From an uncultured Acidobacteriaceae bacterium (GTDB lineage: Bacteria; Acidobacteriota; Terriglobia; Terriglobales; Acidobacteriaceae): a DNA stretch of 64,000 bases. Position numbers and translations under genes: made by a program. Below, piece by piece: positions 35,949 to 45,017 of the stretch. The notes beneath the pieces are model-generated. The model made no database searches. It saw only the letters and a program-made list of their open reading frames with translations, and was not told where the DNA came from. Each line of letters opens with the position of its first letter. Position 1 is the first letter of the stretch. The stretch covers positions 3,311-67,310 of the forward strand of contig CAVPEZ010000029.1 of the NCBI GenBank assembly GCA_963703635.1, given 5' to 3'.

Positions 35949-37913
35949 TCATCCAACCTTAGAACTATGCGGCAATAATCGAGTGGAATTGAGAATGAAC
36001 GCCAATTCCGAGCTAACGTGAATGAACGCGGCCAACAGAGGATTAAGGAATCCAAACGCCGCAAGTCCCACCCCGATCGTGTCCACTACCAGGGTTCCCA
36101 CGAAGTTCTGCATAATGATTCCGCGGCAGTTCCGGGCCACGCGTAAGGTTTCGACAAACTTGTTCAGGTCGCTGCCGATCAGAATGACATCGGCGCTTTC
36201 CCTGGCGACGTCGGTTCCCGATCCCATCGCAACTCCCACATCCGCTGCCACGAGTGCGGGCGCGTCGTTGATGCCATCCCCGACCATGACGACCTTGTGA
36301 TTCTTCTTGCGAAGCTCGTTCACCCATGCGGCCTTTTGATCAGGCAAGAGTTCTCCAACAGTCTCGTCCACTCCGAGTTCCCGGCCCACCGCCGCGGCAA
36401 CGTTCCGCGAATCTCCGCTGAGCAGGACGGTCTTCAATCCCATTCGTTGCATGGCAGACACCGCATTCTTGGCCTCGGGACGCAGAACGTCCGCTACCAG
36501 CGCGCAGCCCAGTACTTGGTGCCCTCGGGCGACATAGACAGGCGAAACTTCATCGCTGCCGCTGCCGTTCGTCGCAGGGACGCTCAACGATGGAACGCTC
36601 AAACCGCGCTCTGACAGAAGTACTTTGCTGCCGACCGCGATGTCCTCTCCATGATAGTGCGCGACTACGCCTTTCCCTGGTGTGTAGGAAAACTGCTCGG
36701 GTTCGACACTCTCAATTCCCAACTCGCTCGCGCGCATCATGATCGCCTGAGCCAGCGGGTGCTCCGACTTGCGTTCCGCAATGCTGGCGGCTGCGATTAT
36801 CTGCCGCTCCGTGAACCCATCGAGGGGAACGACCTCCCGAATCTGAGGGGCCCCGAACGTCAGCGTGCCTGTCTTATCCAGCAGAACCGTGTCCACGGCT
36901 GCAAGCGTTTCCAGGTACAACCCGCCTTTGACAATCGCTCCCTGATGAGCGGCCCGGCCAATTGCGCCCAGCACGGCAAGTGGTGTTCCCGCGGCGATAC
37001 CACACGCGCCGGCCACGATGATCACTGAAATTGTTGACCTGACATTGTGTGTGATAAGAAACGTCAGAATTGCGGCGCCCAAAGCGAAATACACCAGGTA
37101 GCCAGCCAGCCGATCGGCGGTTTTCTGAATGGGAGCCCGCGACTTCTCCGCGTGTTCGACTGCCTCGACTATCTTCCCGAAAGTTGTGTCGCGCCCCAGT
37201 TTGTCCGCCTGGACCTCCAAGGCTCCAGATTGATTGACGGTTCCGGCATAGACTGTGTCTCCGGAGAGCTTCTCGACCGGCATCGCTTCGCCCGTGATCG
37301 CCGCCTGCTCGACAAAAGATCGGCCCGCCGAAACCCACCCATCCACCGGAATTCGCCCGCCCGGCTTCACGATCACCGTGTCACCCACGCGAACCTCGTC
37401 GGCGGATATTTCGATCACGCCGCCATTTCGACGCACGGAGACGGTTTGCGGCAGAAAATCAAGAAGGTCCTGAATGGCGCGGCGTCCGCGCCCAACTGTA
37501 AGACCCTCAAGAACCTCGGCGGCTAGCACGAAAACGGTAATCACCAGAGCGGTGAAAAATTCGCCGATCGCCAAGGCCGCAAGCAGAGCAATGGTCATCG
37601 AGAGTTCCATCGTCATCTTTCGCTCGACGATGTTCTCAAAGGCTTCCTTGAATATGGGATAACCGCCGATCAAAGTTGCCGCAATCCCGATCACACTGAA
37701 ATGCGGGAACGGCTCCCAAACCCGAAACCAGACCGCTGCCGCCGCGAAGGCAACAAAAGCAATCCGAGCCAGCTCGAGCCATTCGATTCCATGTTCTTCG
37801 GATGACTCTGCGTCGGAGCCAGGCTTTCTACTGTCGGCCTGTGAGGACTTCTGATCTTCGGTGGACTCGGCGTGTTTCGCCAGGTGATCGTCGATCAAAT
37901 CCGGGGTGTTCAT
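35949..37913 (-). CDS. heavy-metal P1B-type ATPase with no N-terminal metal-binding domain and a non-canonical TM metal motif
   Basis: TGEA, DKTGTLT and GDGINDAPAL motifs. The N-terminus goes straight into TM helices, as in the short P1B-4-like forms. The position of the CPC/SPC motif reads GAC (…IIVAGACGIAAGTP…). Confidence 0.9.
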   Translation of the reverse strand: MNTPDLIDDHLAKHAESTEDQKSSQADSRKPGSDAESSEEHGIEWLELARIAFVAFAAAAVWFRVWEPFPHFSVIGIAATLIGGYPIFKEAFENIVERKMTMELSMTIALLAALAIGEFFTALVITVFVLAAEVLEGLTVGRGRRAIQDLLDFLPQTVSVRRNGGVIEISADEVRVGDTVIVKPGGRIPVDGWVSAGRSFVEQAAITGEAMPVEKLSGDTVYAGTVNQSGALEVQADKLGRDTTFGKIVEAVEHAEKSRAPIQKTADRLAGYLVYFALGAAILTFLITHNVRSTISVIIVAGACGIAAGTPLAVLGAIGRAAHQGAIVKGGLYLETLAAVDTVLLDKTGTLTFGAPQIREVVPLDGFTERQIIAAASIAERKSEHPLAQAIMMRASELGIESVEPEQFSYTPGKGVVAHYHGEDIAVGSKVLLSERGLSVPSLSVPATNGSGSDEVSPVYVARGHQVLGCALVADVLRPEAKNAVSAMQRMGLKTVLLSGDSRNVAAAVGRELGVDETVGELLPDQKAAWVNELRKKNHKVVMVGDGINDAPALVAADVGVAMGSGTDVARESADVILIGSDLNKFVETLRVARNCRGIIMQNFVGTLVVDTIGVGLAAFGFLNPLLAAFIHVSSELAFILNSTRLLPHSSKVG

Positions 37914-37958
37914 TAATTTCTCCCATGGAATATCGCGGTTCCTATCTCCGCTTAGGCG

Positions 37959-38237
37959 TCACTTCAAGTAAGCCTTCACCATGTCGATGACTTCGTCCGC
38001 GGCTTCCGCTTGTGCCGCGCTGGGTTTACGTTTCGGATCCATCACGTGACTGCGTATATGACCTTCCAACAACTCCGCCATCAGACTGTTCATCGCACCT
38101 CGGGCCGCGCTCATGAGCTGAAGGACCTGGGAACAGTCCCTCTCTTCGCTGAGGCCTCGCACCAGTGCCTCGACTTGCCCCTGAATGCGTTTAGCTCGAA
38201 GAACCAGCTCGTTTTTGTTCTTGATCGTGTGGCTCAC
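37959..38237 (-). CDS. rcnR: RcnR/CsoR-family metal-sensing transcriptional repressor
   Basis: MSHTIKNKNELVLRAKRIQGQVEALVRGL... closely parallels the E. coli RcnR N-terminus. His3, Cys35, His60 and His64 reproduce the RcnR-type H-C-H-H fingerprint. GTG start with GAGGAG RBS. Confidence 0.9.
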   Translation of the reverse strand: MSHTIKNKNELVLRAKRIQGQVEALVRGLSEERDCSQVLQLMSAARGAMNSLMAELLEGHIRSHVMDPKRKPSAAQAEAADEVIDMVKAYLK

Positions 38238-38264
38238 GGAATCTCCTCGGCAAAAGCCACAGAC

Positions 38265-38293
38265 ACTATACCATACCCTGTACGGTATATAGT
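38265..38293. promoter_or_regulatory. candidate RcnR-family operator (inverted repeat)
   Basis: ACTATACCATACCCTGTACGGTATATAGT contains ATACC-N6-GGTAT (38273-38288) nested in TATACC-N11-GGTATA. It lies 28-56 nt upstream of the rcnR-like start codon. Confidence 0.45.
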
Positions 38294-38310
38294 TTAGCTT
38301 CTTGGCCTAG

Positions 38311-38637
38311 CAGTCCGGCCCATCGAGCGCCCACGCCGAAGCCGCGTTTCGCCGCTTCCGGGCGCGCTCGTTGCGGGAGTACGGTTCCATGGTCCGCCGG
38401 CTGGGCCGCGATCTTCCCGAACTGCTGTTGGTCTTCGCTTTTCTCCGGCATCTATCGCAGAAGCTCCGCACCACGAATGTAACCGAGCGCTGCTTCGTAG
38501 AAGTGCGGCGCCGCACCCGTCCCATGGTGTGCTTTGTCAATATGCAAAGCGTGGACCGAATCATCTACTCCATCTTCCAGAGATTCAACCTGGAGTGGAA
38601 AACCCGCACCCTCAACCTATTTACACAAGCAGCTTGA
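38311..38637 (+). mobile_element. IS256-family transposase, C-terminal remnant (~108 codons)
   Basis: ...AAFRRFRARSLREYGSMVRRLGRDLPELLLVFAFLRHLSQKLRTTNVTERCFVEVRRRTRPMVCFVN... matches the conserved C-terminal third of IS256/mutator-type transposases (…hw..lRTTN.iE..f.e.rRRt…). The DDE catalytic core is absent and there is no start codon. Confidence 0.7.
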
Positions 38638-38715
38638 CGTCACCCGCCCCGGCAATTCATTGACTTGCGGCGGCTTCACCCCTAATATAGTCGCGCACGG
38701 AGCGGCCTTCTTTCA

Positions 38716-41340
38716 TTGATCGGCAAGACCATCTCGCATTACCGCATTGTCGAGAAGTTGGGCGGCGGCGGCATGGGCGTCGTTTACCGCGCTGAGGACA
38801 TCAAACTTGGCCGCTTCGTCGCGCTCAAGTTTCTGCCCGAAGAACTCGCCAGGGACCGCCAGGCCCTGGATCGCTTTCAGCGGGAAGCGCGCGCCGCATC
38901 GGCGCTAAATCATCCCAACATCTGTACCATTCACGAGATCAACGAGGAAAACGGCCAGGCTTTCATCGTCATGGAATTGCTGGAAGGCCAGACGCTGAAA
39001 CACCGCATCGACGGCCGTCCCCTGGACACGGAAACGCTGCTCAATCTGGCGATTGAGATTGCCGATGCCCTCGATGCCGCCCATTCCAAAGGCATCATCC
39101 ATCGCGACATCAAGCCGGCGAACATTTTCGTGACCAAGCGGGGGCAGGCCAAATTGCTGGACTTTGGTTTGGCGAAGCTGGCGCCAGAACATCGTCACGG
39201 CACTTCGGAATCTGCGCTGCGAACGGCCGACGAAGGCGGAATGATGACCTTGCCTGGCTCGACGGTTGGAACCGTGGCCTATATGTCGCCGGAGCAGGTT
39301 CGCGCCGAGGAACTTGATCCGCGCACCGATTTGTTTGCGTTCGGATCGGTGCTCTACGAAATGGTGACGGGAGGACTTGCCTTTCCCGGCAATAGCAGTG
39401 GCGTAGTCTCCGAGGCCATTCTGAACCGCACACCGCCGCCTCCGTCGAGCGTGAATCCAGCGATCCCTCCAAAGCTTGAGGAAGTGATCTTCAAGGCGAT
39501 CGAGAAAGAGCGCGAGTTCCGCTATCAGACGGCTGCCGAGCTGCGCGGAGACTTGAAGCGCATCAAGCGCTCTCTGGACACGTCACGAGTGCGAGCGGCG
39601 AGTGGGATTGTACCAGCGTCCGGAACGGCGGGAACCCAGGTTGAGATCCCGGCATCGCGCAAGAGCGTGCTGATGCCTGTATTGGCAGCGGCCGCTATCG
39701 CGCTGATCGCCGGTGCCGCCGCTGGAAAATACCTGTTGCAGCACTCGACAGCTCAATCCGCTCTGCCGATCTACCATCCGCTCACCTTCCGCCGCGGCAT
39801 GGTTCACGCAGCCCGTTTCGCTCCCGACGGGAAGACCATCATTTACAGCGCGGCATGGGAAGGGAAGTCTTTACAACTTTTCACTACTCGACCGGAAAGC
39901 CCCGAGTCGCACGAATTGGAGCCAGCAGGAGCCGACGTGCTGGCGGTTTCCGCGACGGGAGAAATGGCGCTTTCGCTGCACAGTCATCCCATCGCCCAAT
40001 TCCTCTATTCCGGCACGCTCGCGCGAGTGCCTCTGGTCGGTGGTGCGCCGCGCGAGGTCATGGAGAATGTCGAGTGGGCCGATTGGTCTCCGGATGGGAA
40101 CAGCCTGGCGATCGTGCGCCAGGAGCAAGGCCGGCACAGCCTGGAGTTTCCTCCGGGCAAGGTTCTCTATCAGGCGGACGGATGGATTGGCCATCTTCGC
40201 ATCTCGCCGAAGGGCGACAACATCGCTTTCATTGATCACCCCGAACTGGGCGACGATGGCGGCGCGGTTGCCGTGGTTGATCTGGCCGGGAAAAAGACGA
40301 CCCTCTCGACCGGTTGGGATAGTATTCAGGGAATTGCATGGTCGCCAGCCGGCGACGAGATTTGGTTTACCGCGACCCGCACCGGTGGCGACCGGTCTCT
40401 CTACGCAGTCAATCTTTCAAGCGCAGTAAGATTGCTCGCGCGCGTTCCCGGAGAATTGACTTTGCTCGATGTTGACCGCGTAGGGAATGTGCTTTTGACG
40501 CGCGGCAACGACCGTGCTGGAATGGTCGGTTTGGCTCCCGGCGATGCCAAAGAACGGGACTTGTCCTGGCTTGATTGGTCCTCGCCGGGCGACTTGTCGG
40601 CTGACGGCCGAACCGTGCTTTTTTCCGAAACCGGCGAGGGTGGCGGACCAAAGTATGCCGTCTACCTCCGCAAGACGGATGGTTCGCCCGCCATTCGTCT
40701 GAGTGATGGATTTGGAACTGGCTTGTCGCCCGACGGGAAATGGGCGCTCGCTCGCCCCAACATCACTTCGCCTCCGCTGTTTCAGCTCCCCACTGGGGTC
40801 GGCGAAGCGAAGCCCCTCACCCACGATTCCCTGAATCACCTCTGGGCGCGTTGGCTTCCCGACGGGAAACAGATTGTGTTCTCCGGCAACGAGGCCGGAC
40901 ACGGCGTTCGTCTTTACGTGGAAACCCCCGAGGAAGCTAAGCCCCGCCCCATCACGCCGGAAGGAGTCAGCCCCTTCTTTGTGATTTCTACGAAGGGAGA
41001 CTTAGCCGCCAGCGTTGGCCCGGATCACAAGATTTATCTTTATCCAGTCACCGGTGGCGAACCCGTACCCGTCTCCGGCACCACGGGAGATGAGGCGCCC
41101 ACGGGCTGGTCGGCTGATGGCCGTTCCCTTTATGTTTTCCGTTTCGGGGAGATTCCAGCCAGACTCTTTGAGCTCGAGTTGTCCACCGGAAAAAGAAAGC
41201 TATGGAAGCAACTGGAGCCGGCGGACGCGGCGGGAATCGATACCATCCGGGGCATCACGATCACCCCGGACGCCAAGGCCTACATCTACGGCTACATCCG
41301 CACCCTCTCCGATCTCTACGTGGTAGAGGGTCTTAAGTAA
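38716..41340 (+). CDS. Ser/Thr protein kinase with a TM helix and a C-terminal TolB-like beta-propeller
   Basis: [56 protein letters not shown] and the APE-like MSPEQ motif. A TM helix around [15 protein letters not shown]-terminal repeats with WSPDG/LSPDG-type motifs. Confidence 0.9.
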   Translation: MIGKTISHYRIVEKLGGGGMGVVYRAEDIKLGRFVALKFLPEELARDRQALDRFQREARAASALNHPNICTIHEINEENGQAFIVMELLEGQTLKHRIDGRPLDTETLLNLAIEIADALDAAHSKGIIHRDIKPANIFVTKRGQAKLLDFGLAKLAPEHRHGTSESALRTADEGGMMTLPGSTVGTVAYMSPEQVRAEELDPRTDLFAFGSVLYEMVTGGLAFPGNSSGVVSEAILNRTPPPPSSVNPAIPPKLEEVIFKAIEKEREFRYQTAAELRGDLKRIKRSLDTSRVRAASGIVPASGTAGTQVEIPASRKSVLMPVLAAAAIALIAGAAAGKYLLQHSTAQSALPIYHPLTFRRGMVHAARFAPDGKTIIYSAAWEGKSLQLFTTRPESPESHELEPAGADVLAVSATGEMALSLHSHPIAQFLYSGTLARVPLVGGAPREVMENVEWADWSPDGNSLAIVRQEQGRHSLEFPPGKVLYQADGWIGHLRISPKGDNIAFIDHPELGDDGGAVAVVDLAGKKTTLSTGWDSIQGIAWSPAGDEIWFTATRTGGDRSLYAVNLSSAVRLLARVPGELTLLDVDRVGNVLLTRGNDRAGMVGLAPGDAKERDLSWLDWSSPGDLSADGRTVLFSETGEGGGPKYAVYLRKTDGSPAIRLSDGFGTGLSPDGKWALARPNITSPPLFQLPTGVGEAKPLTHDSLNHLWARWLPDGKQIVFSGNEAGHGVRLYVETPEEAKPRPITPEGVSPFFVISTKGDLAASVGPDHKIYLYPVTGGEPVPVSGTTGDEAPTGWSADGRSLYVFRFGEIPARLFELELSTGKRKLWKQLEPADAAGIDTIRGITITPDAKAYIYGYIRTLSDLYVVEGLK

Positions 41341-41550
41341 GCCCGCGTAGCGCCGCCGTCCCGGCCATGGCACGTAGCCGCCGAAGCGGATGGTCGTGAG
41401 GGATTCGTTGCTCAGGGCTTACCTAACTGAAAACTCCAACTGCTGCTCGTCTTGTCCACGCCTGTCTTCCTTCTCTTATCAGCTTGGGTTGCGGAAACAA
41501 GAGAATTTTCTGGTACCGGACGCGTTTTCTTGTGATTATTTGATCGTCCT

Positions 41551-42588
41551 ATGCGCATCCTTCTAATTGGCGGGAATGGCTTCATCGGGCGGTTCGCCGT
41601 GGCCGCACTAAAGCAGCAAGGGCACGCGCTTGCGGTGTTTCACCGCGGCACGATGGCCGTGCCCAATGGTGTTGACGAGATTCGGGGCGACCGTAACCAA
41701 CTCAACGCCAGCGCTCAGGAACTGAAGCACTTTGCTCCCGATGTCGTGATTGACCTGGTCATCAGTTCGGCTCCGCAGGCGGAAGAGCTGATGAACATCT
41801 TTCGTGGCGCGACGCGACGCGTGGTCATGCTGAGCAGCATCGACGTGTACCGTGGGGTGGGCATTTTGCACGGTACAGAAAGCGGACCGCTGCAGGATGT
41901 GCCCCTTACGGAAGAGTCGGAGTTGCGGCGCTGTTTGCATCCCTACCCACCCGAGAGCTTGCAGCTCCTACGCAAGACTTTTGCTTGGGTGACGGACGAT
42001 TATGACAAAATTCCGGCCGAGCGCGTGGTGATGAACGACCGCGAACTTCCCGGTACGGTGCTCCGGCTGCCCATGGTGTACGGGCCGGGCGATCCGCTGC
42101 ATCGCTTCTATCCCGTCGTGAAGCGCATCGTCGACGGACGGCGCCACATCATTTTTCCCGAGACGCTGGCTGCCTGGCGCTCGCCGCGGGGCTACGTGAA
42201 GAACGTTGCCGCGGCCATTGCGCTGGCTGCTACAGAGGAACGCGCAGTGCGACGTATCTACAACGTGTGCGAGGAGCCAGCCTTCAGCGAACTGGAATGG
42301 GCGCGGAAGATCGCCGCCGCGATGCTGTGGGATGGGGAGTTCGTCGTCCTGCCGGTAGAACACACGCCGCAGCACTTGCAAAAGCCGGGCAACGCTGCGC
42401 AGCATTGGACGGCGAGTTCGGCGCGTATCCGCCAGGAACTGGGGTACAAGGAACCGGTGGCGATTGAGGAGGCAATCCGGAGGACGATACGCTGGGAGCG
42501 GGACAATACGCCAGCCGGCGCGTTCCTGGCGCAGTTCGATTATGCGGCAGAAGATGCGGCGGTAGCAGTCTACAACCAAGGAACTTGA
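41551..42588 (+). CDS. NAD-dependent epimerase/dehydratase family (extended SDR) protein
   Basis: MRILLIGGNGFIGRFAV Rossmann motif. 345 aa. Confidence 0.85.
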   Translation: MRILLIGGNGFIGRFAVAALKQQGHALAVFHRGTMAVPNGVDEIRGDRNQLNASAQELKHFAPDVVIDLVISSAPQAEELMNIFRGATRRVVMLSSIDVYRGVGILHGTESGPLQDVPLTEESELRRCLHPYPPESLQLLRKTFAWVTDDYDKIPAERVVMNDRELPGTVLRLPMVYGPGDPLHRFYPVVKRIVDGRRHIIFPETLAAWRSPRGYVKNVAAAIALAATEERAVRRIYNVCEEPAFSELEWARKIAAAMLWDGEFVVLPVEHTPQHLQKPGNAAQHWTASSARIRQELGYKEPVAIEEAIRRTIRWERDNTPAGAFLAQFDYAAEDAAVAVYNQGT

Positions 42589-42654
42589 TAACCATCTTTT
42601 CCCGCACTAGCAATTCGAAGTCGAGTTTCGTCGACCTCTAACTCGATCTCCTCC

Positions 42655-43407
42655 TCAAGAAAACACTTTGTTCTTCAAGTCCCGCTCCGCCTGGGCCACA
42701 TTCTCTGGCCGCCCCAGATCGCGCCAATAGTATTCATCGGCGCGAAATGCGAGGATGTTCTCTCCCTGACCTGCAAGTCGCAGATAGGAGGCGATGATGG
42801 AGAAGACGCCTTCCTCGGTCATCCTCGAAAAAAGTCGCGGCGAAATAACATGGATGCCGGAAAATGCCAGCGCCTGCACGTCCAGTTGCTGGGAGGCCCG
42901 AACAAATTCAGCTTGCTGGTCGGCCCCGGACAGCCTCCCGCAAAGCATAGAACGCTCATCGAACAGCAGGTATCGTGATGTCTCGCGCTCCTGCACTGCC
43001 AGTGTGGCCAGAGCCTTGTGTTCAACATGAAACTGCGTCAGTCGCTTCAAATCAATCGTGCTGATGACGTCGACATTGTGCAGAATGAAGGGCTCGTCCA
43101 GACCGCTGGAGTCCTCGAGAAAGAACGAGGCTGCCTTCTTCAACCCGCCGCCGGTATCGAGCAGCACTTCTTCGCGCGAGATCTCAATCCGCATGCCGAA
43201 GTTGTCATTCTTTTTCAGATAATCGACAACCATGTCGGCGAAGTGATGCACATTAACTATCACCTCGCGAACCCCAAACCCACGCAGCCGTGAAAGCGTG
43301 ATCTCAAGCAACGTTCGTCCGCCAACTTCCACCAGCGCCTTGGGACGGTCATCCGTAAGCGGCCGCAAGCGCGTGCCCAGGCCTGCGGCCAGAATCATCG
43401 CTTTCAT
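42655..43407 (-). CDS. sugar-1-phosphate nucleotidyltransferase, MurU-like
   Basis: MKAMILAAGLGTRLRPLTDDRPKALVEVGG is the NTP-transferase signature. 250 aa. ATGA overlap with the upstream kinase gene. The long N-terminal extension in the ORF track (to 43785) is an Arg-rich shadow. Confidence 0.8.
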   Translation of the reverse strand: MKAMILAAGLGTRLRPLTDDRPKALVEVGGRTLLEITLSRLRGFGVREVIVNVHHFADMVVDYLKKNDNFGMRIEISREEVLLDTGGGLKKAASFFLEDSSGLDEPFILHNVDVISTIDLKRLTQFHVEHKALATLAVQERETSRYLLFDERSMLCGRLSGADQQAEFVRASQQLDVQALAFSGIHVISPRLFSRMTEEGVFSIIASYLRLAGQGENILAFRADEYYWRDLGRPENVAQAERDLKNKVFS

Positions 43408-44831
43408 GGTGCGGGCGTCTCCAACTCGCGATGCCGCACCACAACGTCCACGCCATTTCTTCCACGCAGATGCTTTGCCAACTGTTCTGCCAGATAGACG
43501 GAGCGATGCTGCCCGCCGGTGCAGCCGAACGATACCATCAAATGTTTGAAGCGCCGCCGCTGATATTCGTTCACGCTGTCGTCCACCATCGACATGGCGT
43601 GAGCCAGAAACCGATGCACGCTCTCCTGCTGATTGAGATAGTCGATCACCGGCGTATCTTTGCCCGTGAGCGCTTTGAAGCGTTCTTCGCGGCCTGGATT
43701 GGGCAGGCAGCGGCCATCGAATACGTGGCCGCCCCCATTTCCACTCTCGTCTTTCGGCCAACCGCGATGGTAGGAAAAACTGCAAATCCGCACCGTCAGG
43801 TTCTCCGCTTCCGAGGCGAGGCCTTGCAGTTTTTCCGACGCCAACATGCTGTTGAATGCCGCCATCAGCGTGGGAAGAGCGATGGGCAGCTTGACGTTGT
43901 GCAGCAGCCAGCGCAGGTTTTTCAGAGCGTACGGCACACTCTGCAGAAAATGGGCCTTGCGCTCATAAAAACCGCGAAAGCCATAAGCGCCCAACGCCTG
44001 CAGGATGCGAACGTAAACGTAGCTGTAATAGTGATGCAGGAACGCCTCGCGGTCCAGTTCGATAGAGCCGCCAACCTTCTCGATATAGAGATCGAGCAAC
44101 TGCTGGCGCAGTCCCGGCGGCAGATCGGCCTTGGCATCGTACAAGAGGGAAGCGATGTCATACTGCAACGCGCCTTTGCGCCCACCTTGATAATCCAGGA
44201 AAAACGGCCGCCCGATGTGGAGCATGATGTTACGGGATTGGAAATCGCGGTAGAGAAAGTAATCGCAGTTGGCGCTCAACAGGAAATTCGTCAGGCAGTC
44301 AAAGTCGTCTTCCAATGCCTGTTCGTTGAAGGGGATGCCGGCGAGACGGAGAAAATAATATTTGAAATAATTCAGGTCCCACGCAATGGATTGGCGGTCG
44401 AAGCTGCCCCGCGGATAGCAGACCTTGTAATTCAAATCGCGTCCAGCCTCGATCTGAAAGCGCGGCAACTCGGCCACAACTCTGCGATAAGCCTCCACGG
44501 CTTGCGGAGCGATGTTCTCGCCTGCGCGGTTCTTCGAGAGAAACTCGAAAAGCGTCGTGTCTCCCAGGTCTTCCTCGAGATAAGCGCCGTGGTTCAAATC
44601 TTCCGCATAAATTTCCGGGACGGGCAGACCGTGCCGCCGAAAATGGCGGGAAAACTCCAGGAACGCGATGTTCTCTTCGCGCACGTTATACAGAATGCCA
44701 ATCGCGGTTTGTTGCACGCTGGAAAGCCGGATGATGTTACGTCCGGACCCGCCAAGCTGGCCCTGCAACGGCTGCACCCGCGTGGCAGGGGTATGAAAGT
44801 GCTGCTCGAAAAGCCTGTTCAAAACGTCCAT
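43404..44831 (-). CDS. APH-fold sugar kinase (AmgK-like) fused to a RapZ C-terminal domain
   Basis: The first ~330 aa have an aminoglycoside-phosphotransferase-like fold (…GGSGRNIIRL…, …YRDFQSRNIMLH…DYQG…). The last ~135 aa, LTVRICSFSYHRGWP...GHVFDGRCLPNPG...LTGKDTPVIDYL...LMVSFGCTGGQHRSVYLAEQLAKHL, align block by block with the E. coli RapZ C-terminal domain. I chose the start at the ATG at 44831; alternative is 44870. Confidence 0.8.
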   Translation of the reverse strand: MDVLNRLFEQHFHTPATRVQPLQGQLGGSGRNIIRLSSVQQTAIGILYNVREENIAFLEFSRHFRRHGLPVPEIYAEDLNHGAYLEEDLGDTTLFEFLSKNRAGENIAPQAVEAYRRVVAELPRFQIEAGRDLNYKVCYPRGSFDRQSIAWDLNYFKYYFLRLAGIPFNEQALEDDFDCLTNFLLSANCDYFLYRDFQSRNIMLHIGRPFFLDYQGGRKGALQYDIASLLYDAKADLPPGLRQQLLDLYIEKVGGSIELDREAFLHHYYSYVYVRILQALGAYGFRGFYERKAHFLQSVPYALKNLRWLLHNVKLPIALPTLMAAFNSMLASEKLQGLASEAENLTVRICSFSYHRGWPKDESGNGGGHVFDGRCLPNPGREERFKALTGKDTPVIDYLNQQESVHRFLAHAMSMVDDSVNEYQRRRFKHLMVSFGCTGGQHRSVYLAEQLAKHLRGRNGVDVVVRHRELETPAP

Positions 44832-44900
44832 AGGAAATATGTCTTCCCGCGCAACCACTAAAGATAACATCGAGTGCAAAATTCGACGTCGCCGCTCTAT

Positions 44901-44937
44901 CCTGTGACCCTCTGTGTCCCCTGTGTTAAAGATTTTG
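44901..44937 (+). repeat. intergenic CTGTG-rich element, family 2, copy 1
   Basis: CCTGTGACCCTCTGTGTCCCCTGTGTTAAAGATTTTG lies in the divergent spacer between the amgK-like and alaX genes. Related elements are at 54262-54300 and 60564-60605. Confidence 0.6.
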
Positions 44938-45017
44938 TTCGGACACAACTCTAGACCGGATCGTCTCCAGCTTGCTACCAAGCGAGCAGGCCCCTTATGC
45001 TAATACCCGGCTCCAGC

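Noticed and set aside
43431-44861. 476-aa + strand ORF, antisense to the AmgK-RapZ fusion gene.
   Set aside because: It is a shadow ORF typical of GC-rich DNA. It has Arg/Ala/Gln/Val-rich, low-information composition and no recognisable motifs. The opposite strand carries a clearly homologous two-domain protein.
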